Translations under genes and position numbers: made by a program
Notes under the pieces: model-generated
The model's input: only the letters and a program-made list of their open reading frames with translations
The model's database searches: none
Told to the model about the DNA's origin: nothing
Shown here: positions 13,020 to 26,685 of the stretch, in pieces
Position numbering within the stretch: the stretch's first letter is position 1
Layout: every line of letters starts with the position of its first letter
Assembly: GCF_031769215.1 (NCBI RefSeq)
Contig: NW_026782296.1
Location: 496,001-560,000, forward strand
Length of the DNA: 64,000 nucleotides
Source: Ylistrum balloti
Lineage: Eukaryota
Direction: 5' to 3'

Positions 13020-16000
13020 GGCCTGAGTACAGGACACGACCAGATCACTGTACCCAATGACCCCTATAGTGATGTCACTGATGACTGCAGAGTATGGCTG
13101 GGTAACCTTGACTCCAGACTTACAGAGTATGTATAAATGTGGACTGAGATAATCCTTCTGTGTGTCATACAAATATAGAGTCTGCTTAATATCTCATTCA
13201 AAGCCATCATATCGGTTATATTTATAAATGATTGCTAAACCTTAACGTTTTATTCTCTATAATTTTCTATGGTCATTAAAGTATGAAATTCCAGATATTT
13301 GCCCCAGAACAATAGTTACCTATCAACATCTTGATGTTGACTGCTTACCTCATAGCTCATTACTGTTAAGTACTTCCCGTTTCTTGTAAACAAGTACAAA
13401 AAATTGTCTTGTATTTTATGCTATACAATTGGTTTATATTGTCATGAATAGTGACAGAATAATAAGAATGTTGCTGATGCATGTGGCTTCCTGTACGTAG
13501 TGAATCTATATAGGTGTAAAGTGATGAGGTATATATACATGTATATACTGATAGATGGATATGTACATCATTTCTTTATGAATATGGTGCCATAAGCTTA
13601 GAAAAAACCTCTCAATATATCGTACTTTTACTTGAAAAAACTGAATGCATTTCATAAAGAATGATGTGTTTTGTTTATCTCTGAGTATGTTTTGTAGGAA
13701 ACCCCAAACTAAAAAGTCAACATAATTTTAACTCCTCTGTTTTGCAGGTTTTCTCTGTTAAAAGTGTTGCAAAAGTATGGCCCCTTGAAGAGATTTGACT
13801 TTCTACTCCATAAGTCTGGTCCCGATGTTGGCAAACCTCGTGGATACTGTTTTGTCAGCTACCAACACAGAAAGGTATTCCATATTAGCTGAACCAATTA
13901 TGAAACAAGTTTTGCCTCTTTTCAAAAGGTCCACCCACTATTAATCAAGCCACATCCATGATTTCCAACTATTTACCAGCTCTCAGACACTTTTCAAACT
14001 ACACACCCATGATATCTTACTATTTAGGAGGTCTCAGACACTTACCTATAAAACCCTACATCATAAAATCTTAGTATTTATAGAATAGCTACTATTTTTC
14101 AAGCCACACCCATGGTTTCCTATTGTAATCATAGACTTCTATACACATAGCTGGTAGAACAAGGACTACCCAACACTGGATTATGAGATGGTTATTATCT
14201 TTCCAGGATGCTGAAAGGGCAGTGAAAGGTCTCAATGGAAAGCATGCCTTGTCTAAGCGGATGATTGTTAAATGGGCTCATGCTGAAAAAAATGTGAGTA
14301 ACAGTATGAAGAAAATTACTTAATTCAATTGAAACATGTATGATATAATATACTCTTTGTGTTACCTACTTGTATGTATGACATGACCCTATTTGTCACC
14401 TCACAGTATGACTGTTATTGGTATATCAGTTTTTTACCTGTTTATGTATGATTGTATTTGTTTTCTGTACAATTTTTATTGTATATATACATGATAAACA
14501 GTTTTTATTACCTGTACATGTACATGAATAACTATATCTGTTACCTGCTCATGTATGACTATTTTTTACCTGTTTGTAATAATTGTGTTTGCTATATGTA
14601 CATGGATACGGTTAACTCTTTTCTTTACCTATACTTGTATGACCCTATTTGTTACCTATATACATGTACGACACTTTTTGTTACCTATACATGTATGAGA
14701 CTATTTGTTACCTGCACATGTATGACACTATTTGTTACCTGCACATGTATAAACATATTTGTTACCTGTACATGTATAAACATGTCTGTTACCTGCACAT
14801 GTATAAACATATCTGTTACCTGTACATGTTTAACCTAATTGGTTACGTATACATGTATGATCGACAAGGTATATACTCTAATTTTTGTTACCTATACATG
14901 TAGGAGACTATTTGTTACCTGCACATGTATGACACTATTTGTTACCTGCACATGTATAAACATATTTGTTACCTGTACATGTATAAACATATCTGTTACC
15001 TGTACATGTTTACCTAATTGGTTACGTATACATGTATGATCAACCAGGTATACACTCTAATTGATGCAATCTGACCCTTCCAACAGGATCTGGAGCCTGT
15101 ACCTAGACTCAGTGCAAAGAAAGATCCTGTTACCTTCAACACAGCAGAAGATCATCACAGGTGAGATTTTGTGATTTTGTAGCCAAGACATGCCATACTC
15201 CTCACAAATGCCTTACCTTGGATCTGAAACCATACTTCATATTCTTAGTATCACATATCAATAGGTCTGTGTAGGGGAAAATTCATTCACTTCATGCATA
15301 TCCCATGTCACTACTTTTTGTCTGTTCATAAAATTCTTTTTTTTTTTTAACATTAGTATGTATTCATGTACATTTAAGTTGTGTCATCAGTTTTATCAAG
15401 AAAGTAAAATCACTAGTATTTTGTTCTGCCTGCAGCTTTTCTCAATTAAGAAATATTGTTTAAAATCAGTACTGAACTGTATTCTGCAAACAGGAAACCC
15501 TAAAATCTGACGATGCTTTATTCATTTGATATAGTACCTTATCTTACTAGAATAATTCAGTCACTTTAAATGCAGTTACCAACAGCCAAAACGAAAGCAC
15601 CTCATGCGGTCAGTCTTATCAAACAACACTTACAATTGTAACTGGTCTTCAATCACCTGACTATTTACTTTCACATATATTGGAAGCACATAAAGAGTTT
15701 TTTAAGCTCTCCAAAAATTTTCAGAGGTGCATATAGCCGCCACCTTGACTGTACGCAAGTGCATCTGTCATTCCATCCATCCTTTCTTGCAATGGAGTTG
15801 TTCTCGAAGAGCATTCATCAATTTCACTGATACTCTTGTCATTCTGTAATTTCACTTCCAGTGGACTTTTTCTAGCAATGCCTTCTCTCTTCATTGTCCT
15901 AGCACAGCATGTAGTTTCTTCCCATGATATTATACTTCACCTGGATTAATGGAGTTGTGATTTCAGGATAAAATTTCATTTTTTATTTGAATCTCCATGC

Positions 16001-16398
16001 TATGACATCAAATTCAGTGATGAACCCAGCAGACATTAATGTCTTTAGCCTTACAGTTCAGTTAATTCCTTTCCATCCTATACTATGGTAAATCACATAT
16101 TCTTGCTATTGTAGCATTGTGACACCATCAAAACTTACTAATCATTTGTTAAAAGTTTTTCTCTATATCAGAAGGTTTTCTCTGTTGTAGCCCGGAGAAC
16201 ACCATTAAAGCCATCGAGGAGAAGCTTAGGAATATGGAGGAGACAAGTGGTGATTTTACCATGTCAACAAAACCTGCTGCTCCACCTAGTACTAATCAGC
16301 TCAGTGCCATCCACCAACAAACCAAACAAATATCCACATATAAACCACGTTCCTACAATAGGCCTTACACCAACAATAGGCGTGGACGGAGACGATGA
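13020..16398 (+). CDS. RBM18: RNA-binding protein 18-like (single RRM); 5'-incomplete, start exon not identified
   Basis: Exons 13020-13126, 13748-13874, 14207-14293, 15087-15160 and 16191-16398, all GT-AG and frame-consistent. Translation: ...[54 protein letters not shown]...AVKGLNGKHALSKRMIVKWAH...TIKAIEEKLRNM...RRGRRR*, matching RBM18 (LWIGNLD, FDFLFHKSG, PRGYCFV, IKAIEAKL). Confidence 0.9.
14340..15060. repeat. 27-bp minisatellite in the RBM18 intron, with a higher-order ~200-bp duplication
   Basis: Unit ctatttgttacctgcacatgtatgaca (period 27); explains the spurious TCTCMTLFV and YLYMY ORFs. Confidence 0.9.
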
Positions 16399-18067
16399 GA
16401 CGTGACTTTTGTTTCCTCTTTGTAACAATCATCCTCCGACAATCTTGTGGTATATAGTAATCTCATTCAGCTTTTTACAAAGCAGGACTGTCACCTATAA
16501 AATGTAGTCCATATGGATACTTCAGGATATATGTTTGGAATGTTTGTCCAATCAGCATTGTAAAAACATGTTGTCAAAGCAGAGAAAGTGTTTAAAATGG
16601 GAATGTAAAAGTTCTGGGATTTCTCTATCAATTGCAGTGGGATCCTATGTCCATGGAATCACATTGTAAATGATGACATCCGGAAAGCCTTATCATACAT
16701 TAATATGTTTACTTGTGGTGATATGTGCAATATATAGATAAATTCTGTTTTAGTTTTTAAGTTGATTTAACCAAGTTAAGTAACACCAGGGACTATTGAT
16801 GTTGGTATGGCAGTATAGTAATAATTGTGTGATAGATTAGGTGGGTAAGTTGTATTTTACTTTGTGTTATATGAAAGGTTTTATGACATATTATTGTACT
16901 GATCAGCATAAATCCAAAATCCAGTGTTGTTATCATTGTGACTTGATGTTGGAGATAATAATTAGACTTTACATCGGAGATTATAACTGAAACCCGTGTT
17001 GAACTCGCCATATCAGACTTTTCCTTATGCTGTATCTTGCATTGCTGCGTGCTGTATTACCGGTAGTGACAAGAAAACTAGAAAATTTTAATCCATGAGT
17101 ACTCAAAAAAAGGTCTGTTTTACTCTCCTTCTCAAAGTGTATTTTGAGCTATAGCCAGGCTCTTCTGGGCCAACTTCTCATGTAATTATCCTGATCTCAG
17201 CATGTGAACCAATTAAGCTCAAGCCTGTGGGTATTCTGATCAATTTTCAAATGTGAGTCATTTATCCTTTAGATAAGCATTGTTCTTCTGAAGTGCATCC
17301 ATGGCATACAAATCTGATGCATTTTTGCAAATAAAGATAACCTGTGGCCTATAGATTTTTTTTCTGAGGTAACTCGATCATGACTATAAAGTTATTCAAG
17401 GTGATGAATACACAGCTGAGCTGGTAATGAAGTATCTTTTTGATGTTCCATGATCAGCTGATGGCTACAGCCTGTATTAAACAGTGAGTGTGTATGACTG
17501 CCTGATATATATGTCTGGCAAAAATCTTATTGGCCTGCTGAAAATTACTCTGAAAATTGATTAAAATAAAATATAGTTAATCAGATTGGACAAAGAGTGA
17601 ACATATAAGAATTTTCCTTTTTTGACTTTTCAACAATCAACTCAACATACAAAAAGATGCAATATTACTATGTCTACATATTATTTTTGATCTTAGAATC
17701 TGTCAGTATTTGATATACATTTTTTGTAATATGTGTTTGACCTATGAACTGTTGAAATAAAATATGGTTTTGATTGCACTGTAGAATTCATTTTTTAAGG
17801 TAATCTATGAAAGTTTTGAATAAACTACCCCCCCCCCCCCCCAAAAAAAAAAAACAACAAAAAAACATCACATTGTAATTAACAACATTTATGTAAACAA
17901 TAAATCTGGCGAGTTTTTTAATCAAACTTTACAAATGCACCAGCTACGTTAGCCAGCATTTTGTACAATGAACCACGAGTTGCTTCCCTTGAATCAAGAT
18001 GTCTGCGCCCATAGACAACATCGGTCAACGTGACTGATCAAATAGGCATATCAAAACGCTACTTATC

Positions 18068-21000
18068 ATGTATAAAGCGGGTAATGACAGTGACTGCAGA
18101 AGCCTTGATGGGGACTTGGTAACAGAACTTGGCGTATCTGTGTTGTCGAAAAACGGGAAAACAGCGGTGGAAAAGGCCAAATTTTATAACGATAGACTCT
18201 CTCTAATAAGGTTTGTAGACGGACTGGTTATTTTTTATTGTCGACTCAAGATACACCTATACATTGCATACATGCATTTGCATATATTTGATTCTAAAAT
18301 AGTAGGCGTGGAAGAGGACAACATGCCTTGCATCGTGCGCCTAAATTGTTCAGCAATTCACGGTTATATCACAAAGAAATTCACCGAAGAAGAGATACAA
18401 TAAGATTTCTCCTCAACATCACGAAAAGATGTTTTTTAAAGAGTTCCTCTCATCTTTAAATGGAGAGAGGGATTTTTAAATGTTTACTCCACCATGACAT
18501 GTTCCACTTATCAAGTCAATTAATATCATTTGCCTTGAGGAGGGGCAGAGGAAGGATGATTAAACTTGAGATATGTTTTGAAAATTACACGTGTGTAAGA
18601 AGAAACGTCTTATATATGACCAAAAAATACTTTGAAACTAAATTACTTAATGTATTTTAGATTTATGTATTTATTTTAATGGGTATTTAACACTGATCAG
18701 AATGAGATGTTGTGTGTTTGTATACCATAACTGAAAAAAGAGGGGGCAGATGTGGCTTATACATTGTGTTAAATGCCACTACTGTAATTACTATGGTAAT
18801 TCCAAATCTACAATCACAGGATTTTAAGTTTAGCAAATTGCTGCCTTTTATTCGTAAAGATGAAGAGGACTAATATATACTAATTCTCCATAGATTGTTT
18901 TTATTAATTTGAACAACAATAATGTATATGCATCATGTTTGCATTATGTCAGATTAAAGCGATATTATTTCACAAAGTTAATTATCAAGACAACTGCACA
19001 GCTAAAGACTATTTGGTAGCTATGTTTCTGAGAGCAGCAAGTATGTACAACAAAAATGATCAAGCTTTATAGTTTATAATAGATTGCATATTCATACAGA
19101 GCACAAGGTAATTAGAATTTCAGTAATGTGTAAACCAGTTTACTTCATGCATCTACTTATATTGTGAGTTACTTGTAGTTTCAAATTAAGTGGTAGAGAT
19201 GACTTGTTCCAACTGCTTTTGTCACAATTGATTGTGTTTTAACAACTCAGTCAGGAAACTAAGAGATTTAAAACAATGCTTAAGCATACATGAGAATAAG
19301 ATATGTAAATCTGTTTTCTTATTTAGAGAAGCGGTATTGAACACACTTTGTACCTTGACAAGAGAGACAACTGAAACATTACATTGTGTGGATGCTATAG
19401 CAGGTACAGGTATGTCAGATTGTACAGAACATCAGATGTTCATCTTGGTTTAAAAGGGGCTAGTCCAGTTTCTGTACAAAGATGAAAGACATAGATAAGT
19501 ATCGAAATTGACATAGCAGCCAGTTGAAAGTTTATGCAGCTTTTGTACTGAATTGTCGATTGTAACCCAGAAAATATAGAACTAGTAGCTTCCTACTGAT
19601 TTTACAAGGAAGAATATCCTTTAGCTCAATTGAGTGTCAAGTACCAGTGTAGTAGACTAGATAGTGCTGGATTCAATCCTCAGCGGAGGCATTGAAGTAC
19701 TGGTATTATGTTGGTGTCCATGTATTGACCCAGAAATATTGACAAAAATCTTATTCTTGCTCTCACAAGCCTTGACTCCTCCTCCCTCAAGTTCTGGGTG
19801 GGAAGAAGGTTAACCTGGTACACTAGTAAGCCAACGATGTCAGAATATATAAAAGGAAAATGCAGTAGGTATTCTGGAATACAAATCAAAAACCTCGCAA
19901 CTCAAATGGATCCTTTACCAGTGGAACAATCTGCACATAGTAGCAGTCACTCCAATCCTAATATAACTGCCACATTCTGCCTTCCTTCAATGATCCTTTG
20001 ACCCAGAAGACATATAAAAACCTATATCACACTGGATACTACATGCATCTAACAAATTAAGCTGGAATGGTAGTTAAAAAACCGAGAAGCCATCACAGGT
20101 GAAACATGTAGGCCAGAAATCTTCAATAAATTTTGAAATTACCATTCCAGCTTGTTGTGGACTACCTCTCACATTCTTCTACTACTTCTGTATTTGGGTA
20201 GGACACCCGGCATACCATTAGGTATCCAGGCTCGAGATGAATGAACACTAAACCAGCTTGAACTTTACCAGCGTTGACTCTCTCTTTACCTTAATAAATT
20301 AAGATTTGAACCTAAGAACCTCATGACTGATTATAGCTAAGATACCTTGTCAGTGAGTCTTATTATGTTCCATTCAACACAGAGAGAATAATTAAATCCA
20401 GTTTGTTAGATTTATTTATGATTTTGGTCGTTTTATGGTATAAATCTGTCATCAGATATCTTTGGTAATTTGGAGTGGTTATATCTCTTTCTTTCACAAT
20501 ATGTTTTTGACCGGCTATCTTCCCATTAGCTGTAATACAGTGATAAAGTTGACGTGGTCCCATTCTCGGCTGTTGTTTCAGGAGTAACAGGCCTTCAGTG
20601 GAAGGTAAGGTTGAAGAATTTAGTACATGTTACAATAGCGGAAAAAGATCATATCAATGAAGTACAAAGTAACTGTGAGAGGAACGGAATCTCCAATGTG
20701 TCCTTGCTTCTAGATACGAAACGCGTCCCAGGGGACCCCATGGAGTCCCAAAAGGACAGAGAGGTTCACACTTGTCAATGTACAGCTCCAGTACTCCTCA
20801 ACATGGAAGCGTTTGACTTTGTGTGAGTATGACTTAAATAATTTGATCAGTTCAACATTTAGATAATATTGGTTTAAAGTCAATGGTCAGTTTCAACCAA
20901 TAACTTGTAGTTTTTATTGTTGCCTTATGTCCTATCAAGAGCCAGGGTCGTTTGAAGACATGAAAGGTTCTGGTGATGGAGGAAAATCAGAGTTCCCAAA

Positions 21001-23405
21001 GAAAAACCACCAACCTGCAGCAAGTACCTAGCGACTGCCTCATGTAGGCTTTGAACCTGCGATCCAAAGGTGGAGGTCTAGTGATGATGTGATAACGATG
21101 ATAAGATATGAATGATTTTTTATTTATGATAGAAAAATTTCAGCTCTGCCTTCCTTTACTAAATATTTCTCAATTCATTATTAGGTACCTCCATCCCTAC
21201 AATCATATAGCCTGTCACATTGACGCAGCCGTGGCGAATATACGTAATAATGGTGTTCTGTGCCTGGTGTCTTCAGATTCAACACATCAATTTACTCGTT
21301 CAGCTGTCTCTGTTAGACGCCACTTTGGGGCCACAGTCACCAAGACAGAATATCTCAAAGAACTAGCAGCGAGGGTTATCGTTAGTTCTATAGCCAGGTG
21401 GGTAAAGGTACCGGAATGTTTTTATCTTGCCTGATTTTAATTCATTACCGAAAAAAAAACTTGTAAAAAGGGTTACCTGTGTTTACTGATTATGATCTGT
21501 GATGAGTTTATTCCATACTCCATATTCTTGATGGTAGATTAATTTTCTGATGGCTGGCTATTTATTATAGGTCAAAATCACATGCCATCAGCATGATAGC
21601 AAAAATCCATTGTCATGTCAATATTAAGTCTGCCTTGGATGGTTATTGACTGCTTACAAACATACAGTACTGTGATGGAAAGGTCATGTAATGGTTGAAT
21701 ATCAAAAGATTTCAAGTGAGTGATGATATTTTTCGTTGTGAGACAGGGCTGCAGCCAAGTGTAACAAAGGAGTGAAGGTTCTGTATGTGCTGTTCGTGGA
21801 GGAATTTTTCTTAGTAGCAGTGAAGGTGATAAGGGGTCCAAAGTATGCAGACAGTTGTACTGAAGAAATAAGAAATCTGTTGCACTGTCAGATGTGTGAG
21901 GAACGTGTCTTCTACCCATTCACCAACACTCCTACAGGTAGGTATATACAGCTTACACCTCTGTTAGGTTTGTTTTACATAATTAACAAAATTAATAATT
22001 TAACCCGTGGAGAGGTCCCTTGACTTCTCTTGTAGATTTCAATGATAAAAAGCAGAAATTTGTGTTTCACTGGGTTTTGTGCTATATGATTGAAAAAGTT
22101 GTATTACATATTTAGGAACAGGTCTATTGGTGATAAAAGTTTTAAAACTGGACCATGTGGCCGTGATGGGTATCAGATTTCCTAAAACTATTGTTGGGAA
22201 AACATGTGCAATTGAATCCTAAAGCAGGTTTAAACTGTCTCATGGCTAACTTTACGTTGAATTATAGTAATGGTACATCTGTAAAGGTTTTTACAATTGG
22301 TTTTTATTTCAGAACAACCCTATAGTCTACTGCCCTGTAGGTGTCAGGACAACACTCCTGGTAAAACAGCACTGGTGCTTGGACCAATGTGGTAGGTGAT
22401 TGATGAGAGAAATGTATTGTAATAAACCCAGGAGGAGTCATAGTGATAGAGATAATTAAAGGTAGACAATGGCAGCCATAGCGAGAGGTGTGTTATCTCA
22501 GACATAGGGAGCCATAGTGAAATAAATGTTGATATTAGACAAGGGGAGCCGTAGGGACAGAAATGTTGATGCTAGACAAGGGGAACAGTAGTATCAGAAA
22601 TGATGATCTTAGACAAAGTTTGCCATGGTGATAGAGATGTTTTATGTTAGTCATTTAAACAATCATTTGTTACCAGATGGGGTGTATAGTTGATAGAAAG
22701 CCAATCCAGGTGGAAGATAAATAGAATGGTACCTGTTAGTATTGAAAAACAAACAAGATAGAAATATTAAAGAGGTCATTGTTATTTTTTTCAGGTCAGG
22801 AGAATTGTTCAATTCTGAATTGCTCAGTAAAAACTTGGCTGCTGCTAAGGATGAACAATTTTCTAAAAAGCTTCACAATATATGGGCAGTCATGCTGGAC
22901 GAGGTGCGATGTGTACAATGTATAGCTACATCTGAAAATGAAAGTGAAAGTAGCCTAACAGAACCTTGTACAAAACGACAAAAGTTGGCAGATTCAGGAA
23001 TTTCACGAGTGTTGGCAGAATGTATGAGTGACCTGGAACATATGCCACCATTCTATTACAACATTCTACGACGGAAATGGAAAGGAATTAATGTACCAAA
23101 GTAAGATAAATCGATGTAAAGTGTGACTTTCTATCATTTTAAGAATTCACAGATATGTTTTAGGTGTTTTGTAGAAGATTTTACTGCAGATACTTATCTC
23201 TATCTCTTTGTATCAATTTTTTATGTTACTCTTTTGTTGTGTTTGTAGGTATCCCGTTCTGATAGATCTCCTACGTAAGGAAGGTCATCGGGCATCTCGT
23301 ACACATTTTGACTTTGGTTGTATTCGTACAAGTGCCGATCTGGCTGATCTCACACTGATACTGTCAAAATACTGTCAACAAACACAACAGTGTACTAATG
23401 TGTGA
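18068..23405 (+). CDS. TRMT1L: TRMT1-like tRNA guanine-N2 methyltransferase family protein, 8 exons, 470 aa
   Basis: Exons 18068-18210, 19327-19409, 20582-20822, 21185-21397, 21747-21937, 22313-22391, 22795-23100 and 23249-23405 (1413 nt, frame-consistent). Motifs DAIAGTG, GLQW, TEYLKELAARVIV, AAAKCNKG, RGPKYAD, HCQMCEERVF, PGKTALVLGPMW, PPFYYNI and SRTHFD match TRMT1L. Confidence 0.92.
20920..21095 (-). mobile_element. tRNA-derived bivalve SINE (partial, decayed) in TRMT1L intron 3
   Basis: gagccagggtcgtttgaagac...ggaggaaaatcagagttcccaaagaaaaaccaccaacctg...gtacctagcgactgcctcatgtaggctttgaacctgcgatccaaaggtggagg resembles the antisense of a common bivalve SINE (recalled, not searched). Confidence 0.7.
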
Positions 23406-23836
23406 TCAGAGCTGTCAACAACCACAACAGTGTACTAATGTGTGATCAGAGCTGTCAACAACCACAACAGTGTACTAATGTGTGATCAGAGCTGTCAACA
23501 ACCACAACAGTGCACTAATGTGTGATCAGGACTGTCAACAAACACAACAGTGTACTAATGTGTGATCAGGGCTGTCAACAACCACAACAGTGTACTAATG
23601 TGTGATCAGGGCTGTCAACAACCACAACAGTGTACTAATGTGTGATCAGGGCTGTCAACAACCACAACAGTGTACTAATGTGTGATCAGGACTGTCAACA
23701 AACACAACAGTGTACTAATGTGTGATCAGGGCTGTCAACAACCACAACAGTGTACTAATGTGTGATCAGGGCTGTCAACAAACACAACAGTGTACTAACG
23801 TGTGATCAGAGCTGTCAACAAACACAACAGTGTACT
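23372..23836. repeat. 40-bp minisatellite, ~11.6 copies, starting inside the last TRMT1L codons
   Basis: Unit ctgtcaacaaccacaacagtgtactaatgtgtgatcagrg, period 40. Confidence 0.95.
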
Positions 23837-26685
23837 GAGGTGTAACCATGACTCTCAACAAAAGAGCAGTGTACTTGTAGTGTGATGGGATAGGAGTTAA
23901 AGCATCTGTTGTATTTAGCAGTGTGTTCAAGGAATCTTGATTATTATTATCAGACATCACATCATTGCATTAGGATATCATATATTAAATTGAGTTTTAT
24001 TTTACTTTAGACTTGTCTTGATTATTCTTATGGTCATTTCCTAGATCGAGTGTGTCATGACAGATACAAGGCAAAAGAGAGTTAAACGATGATATATGGA
24101 GATAACATCCAATGGATTGGTAGTTGACAGAGAAGTAAATATGGACTCTCTATCAAACAGTCTTCAAGGGAGATATTTCCCTAAACTTGCAATATCCAAC
24201 TCATTTAAAGACCTTGGTTTATTGGGGACATTACATCATGACAACTGTGCAATGTACAGAGAAAATACACTATTTTGAACCTACTTTTATTTACATTACC
24301 TCATACTAGTATGGTAGGTTTGTTTGCTTTCTTTTCAATTTTCCTGTCACAAGCTAGGGTCATTTTTGGAATGTGGCCTTATTGTAGTCACTTGGGGCTA
24401 CTTCTTCAGACAACAGGAGGCCTAGGCCCATCACTACTTTGTGTATAGTGTCTTGCACTTGGACACAATTCTAACAGTACAGGATAGTCCATGATCTCAG
24501 TTTTCTGAAAACAAACATGAATCTGTCCCGTCCACTGTTTTAACCGTACACATCGTACCTTCACCTGAGGGTGTCGGATGCTTTCCCAACTGACATATCA
24601 TGACAGATTTGTAATTGGATCGATTCATTCATATACACACTTCTGCTTAATCACTCTTAACCTACAAAGTCTCTTTAGTCATTCCTCAGATGGTTGTGGC
24701 TGTATTGGGACCCAGAAGGAACCTGTTACCAGATAAGCTCATTACATCTATAATGTTACTCACGAAAAGAAAAAAAACGAATACAAGTATCTGTAATTTA
24801 TATAGTTTAATGTTATAGCTGAACACATTAAGCACATGCAATACAAAAGCATTTAACTGTAGGACAGATCCATAAAAAATATACATGTATAATTAGATAA
24901 TGCAGATCTACAGGAGGGAGATGATATTTTTACATACAAATGATGAAAAAAAATCCCAAGTGTTTGTACATAACTTTGCGTGAATAGTTAAAATTGTTGT
25001 GCATGCTATAAAAGTGCAAGTTTTATAAGAACATATCTGTTTATACAAAGTGTTTTAGCTAAGTAATGTCTACATAAAAACTGGTGAAACAATACTATAT
25101 TTTGAATAAGAAATAATGCTGAAACTTACTGTTCCAACTATATAATTGCCAATGGGTCAGAGACTACAATCACTGTCAATGTTAACCCTCTATAGATGCA
25201 TTTGTCATGATGATCTTGTGTAGAGCAATTTTATCATTTTCTATTATAACTGGGGTAAAATCAGGAAATTTGATCACTTTTTTTTTTAATTTGGGGTCTA
25301 AGTAACAGTTTATATTTTATTTTTACATCTGGAACATTTTACATGTCAACTCCAAAGTATCTTTTTTTAAAATTTTATTTCCCCTTTTTTCACAGATTCT
25401 GGGATTTCGGAGCCAAACTAGTTTGTGTATAGGCCTATTGGTGTTACTAATATCTGATTTTCAAATTTTCCTCTAGTTCACTGAATGAGCTTGACTAAAA
25501 TTGTTCTGTTGACCTGTCAGTATTTTTGGTAGTAGGTTTCATCAATTTGAGGAAATTATTAGTGATTTATCATCGGAGGATATGGAATACCAAGAAGTTG
25601 GATCCAATACCTGAAATCACTGTAAATCTTGGAGATTGAATTTGTGGTTGATGAAGTCTTCTCTCAGGCTATAAGCACATGCATGGGACTTGTCTGCTTG
25701 TTTTTATATAGACTTAATTTATCACAAAAGATTAAAAAAAATCCCTTGATATCACCACAAGATATATTGATGATGCCTTGTTCTTAAATAACAGGATATT
25801 ATCAGAGACACGACAGATGTTTACTTGAAAGATTGAATTACAACGCAATCATTATGGACAGCTTTTTGCCAAACTGTCTGTAAACATGATGATTTTAATT
25901 TTACTATTGTGAATCATCCGTTTTGAGATCGTAGCTGAAGCAGAAAGCTTTCCACCCCAAAATATACCTGATCGTATAACCTTTGTACTTTTTCAATGGT
26001 TTACATGTAAACCTTTCCTTTGCCCCAGTTTCATCGATGAGTATGAATTATGGATTTGTCTTATGAGATGAATATACAATGACTTAAGGCTGTATGTGGT
26101 TATGAAGTATTCTTTGATCGTGCACTGTTGTTGCTGTGAATTATTTATATTAAATGATGGGATATAGAGTATAGATGTTTGCCTTACAAACAACCATAAG
26201 ACAGACAAATGGAAATTTATCAACGCCTTGAAATGATGACCATATGCACTTTAAAGGATGTTGAGGTAAATCACCTGTCTTTCTGTGCCGAGATTGATAA
26301 ATCAACTCAAATCCCTACTGTCCAACCTGTAGATTTCAACTTCTCCTTTACAATACCTGTGTGTGCTCTTCGTGGCTTTTATTAATATGTGATTTCAACT
26401 TTTGTGTGGTAACTTCTTTACCTCGTACTCGATGTAGTGCAGCCTGACAATTTGTTGTTAATTTGGAAGATAGTCTTACATATAAGTTTGAGGATACGAT
26501 ATTGTTGTATGCAAGGAGAACATCACCGGTACAGGGGCTCGGTTTCGGGATTTTGAGTAATGCATGATGTTCGAAACACAGCCCCCATTAAATTGCATAA
26601 TTTGCCACAAAAAATAAAATATTATTTCCATGTTTAAAAGAACACTAGCACCAAACTATTGACTTCACAAAGGACAAAGCTAATG

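Noticed and set aside
14452-15039. Cys/Thr/Tyr-rich ORFs
   Set aside because: Translations of the 27-bp minisatellite inside the RBM18 intron.
19680-20280. Possible DIRS-like reverse transcriptase remnant on the minus strand (VNLLPTQNL, EGRMWQL)
   Set aside because: Too decayed to support by eye; needs a tBLASTn against DIRS RT.
23372-23836. CRISPR-like regular array
   Set aside because: Head-to-tail units without unique spacers, in a eukaryotic intron-containing context with no cas genes; the same applies to the 50-bp and 122-bp arrays.
24406-24504. Minus-strand terminal-exon-like frame KTEIMDYPVLLELCPSARHYTQSSDGPRPPVV*
   Set aside because: No upstream exons could be joined in frame and no family was recognised.
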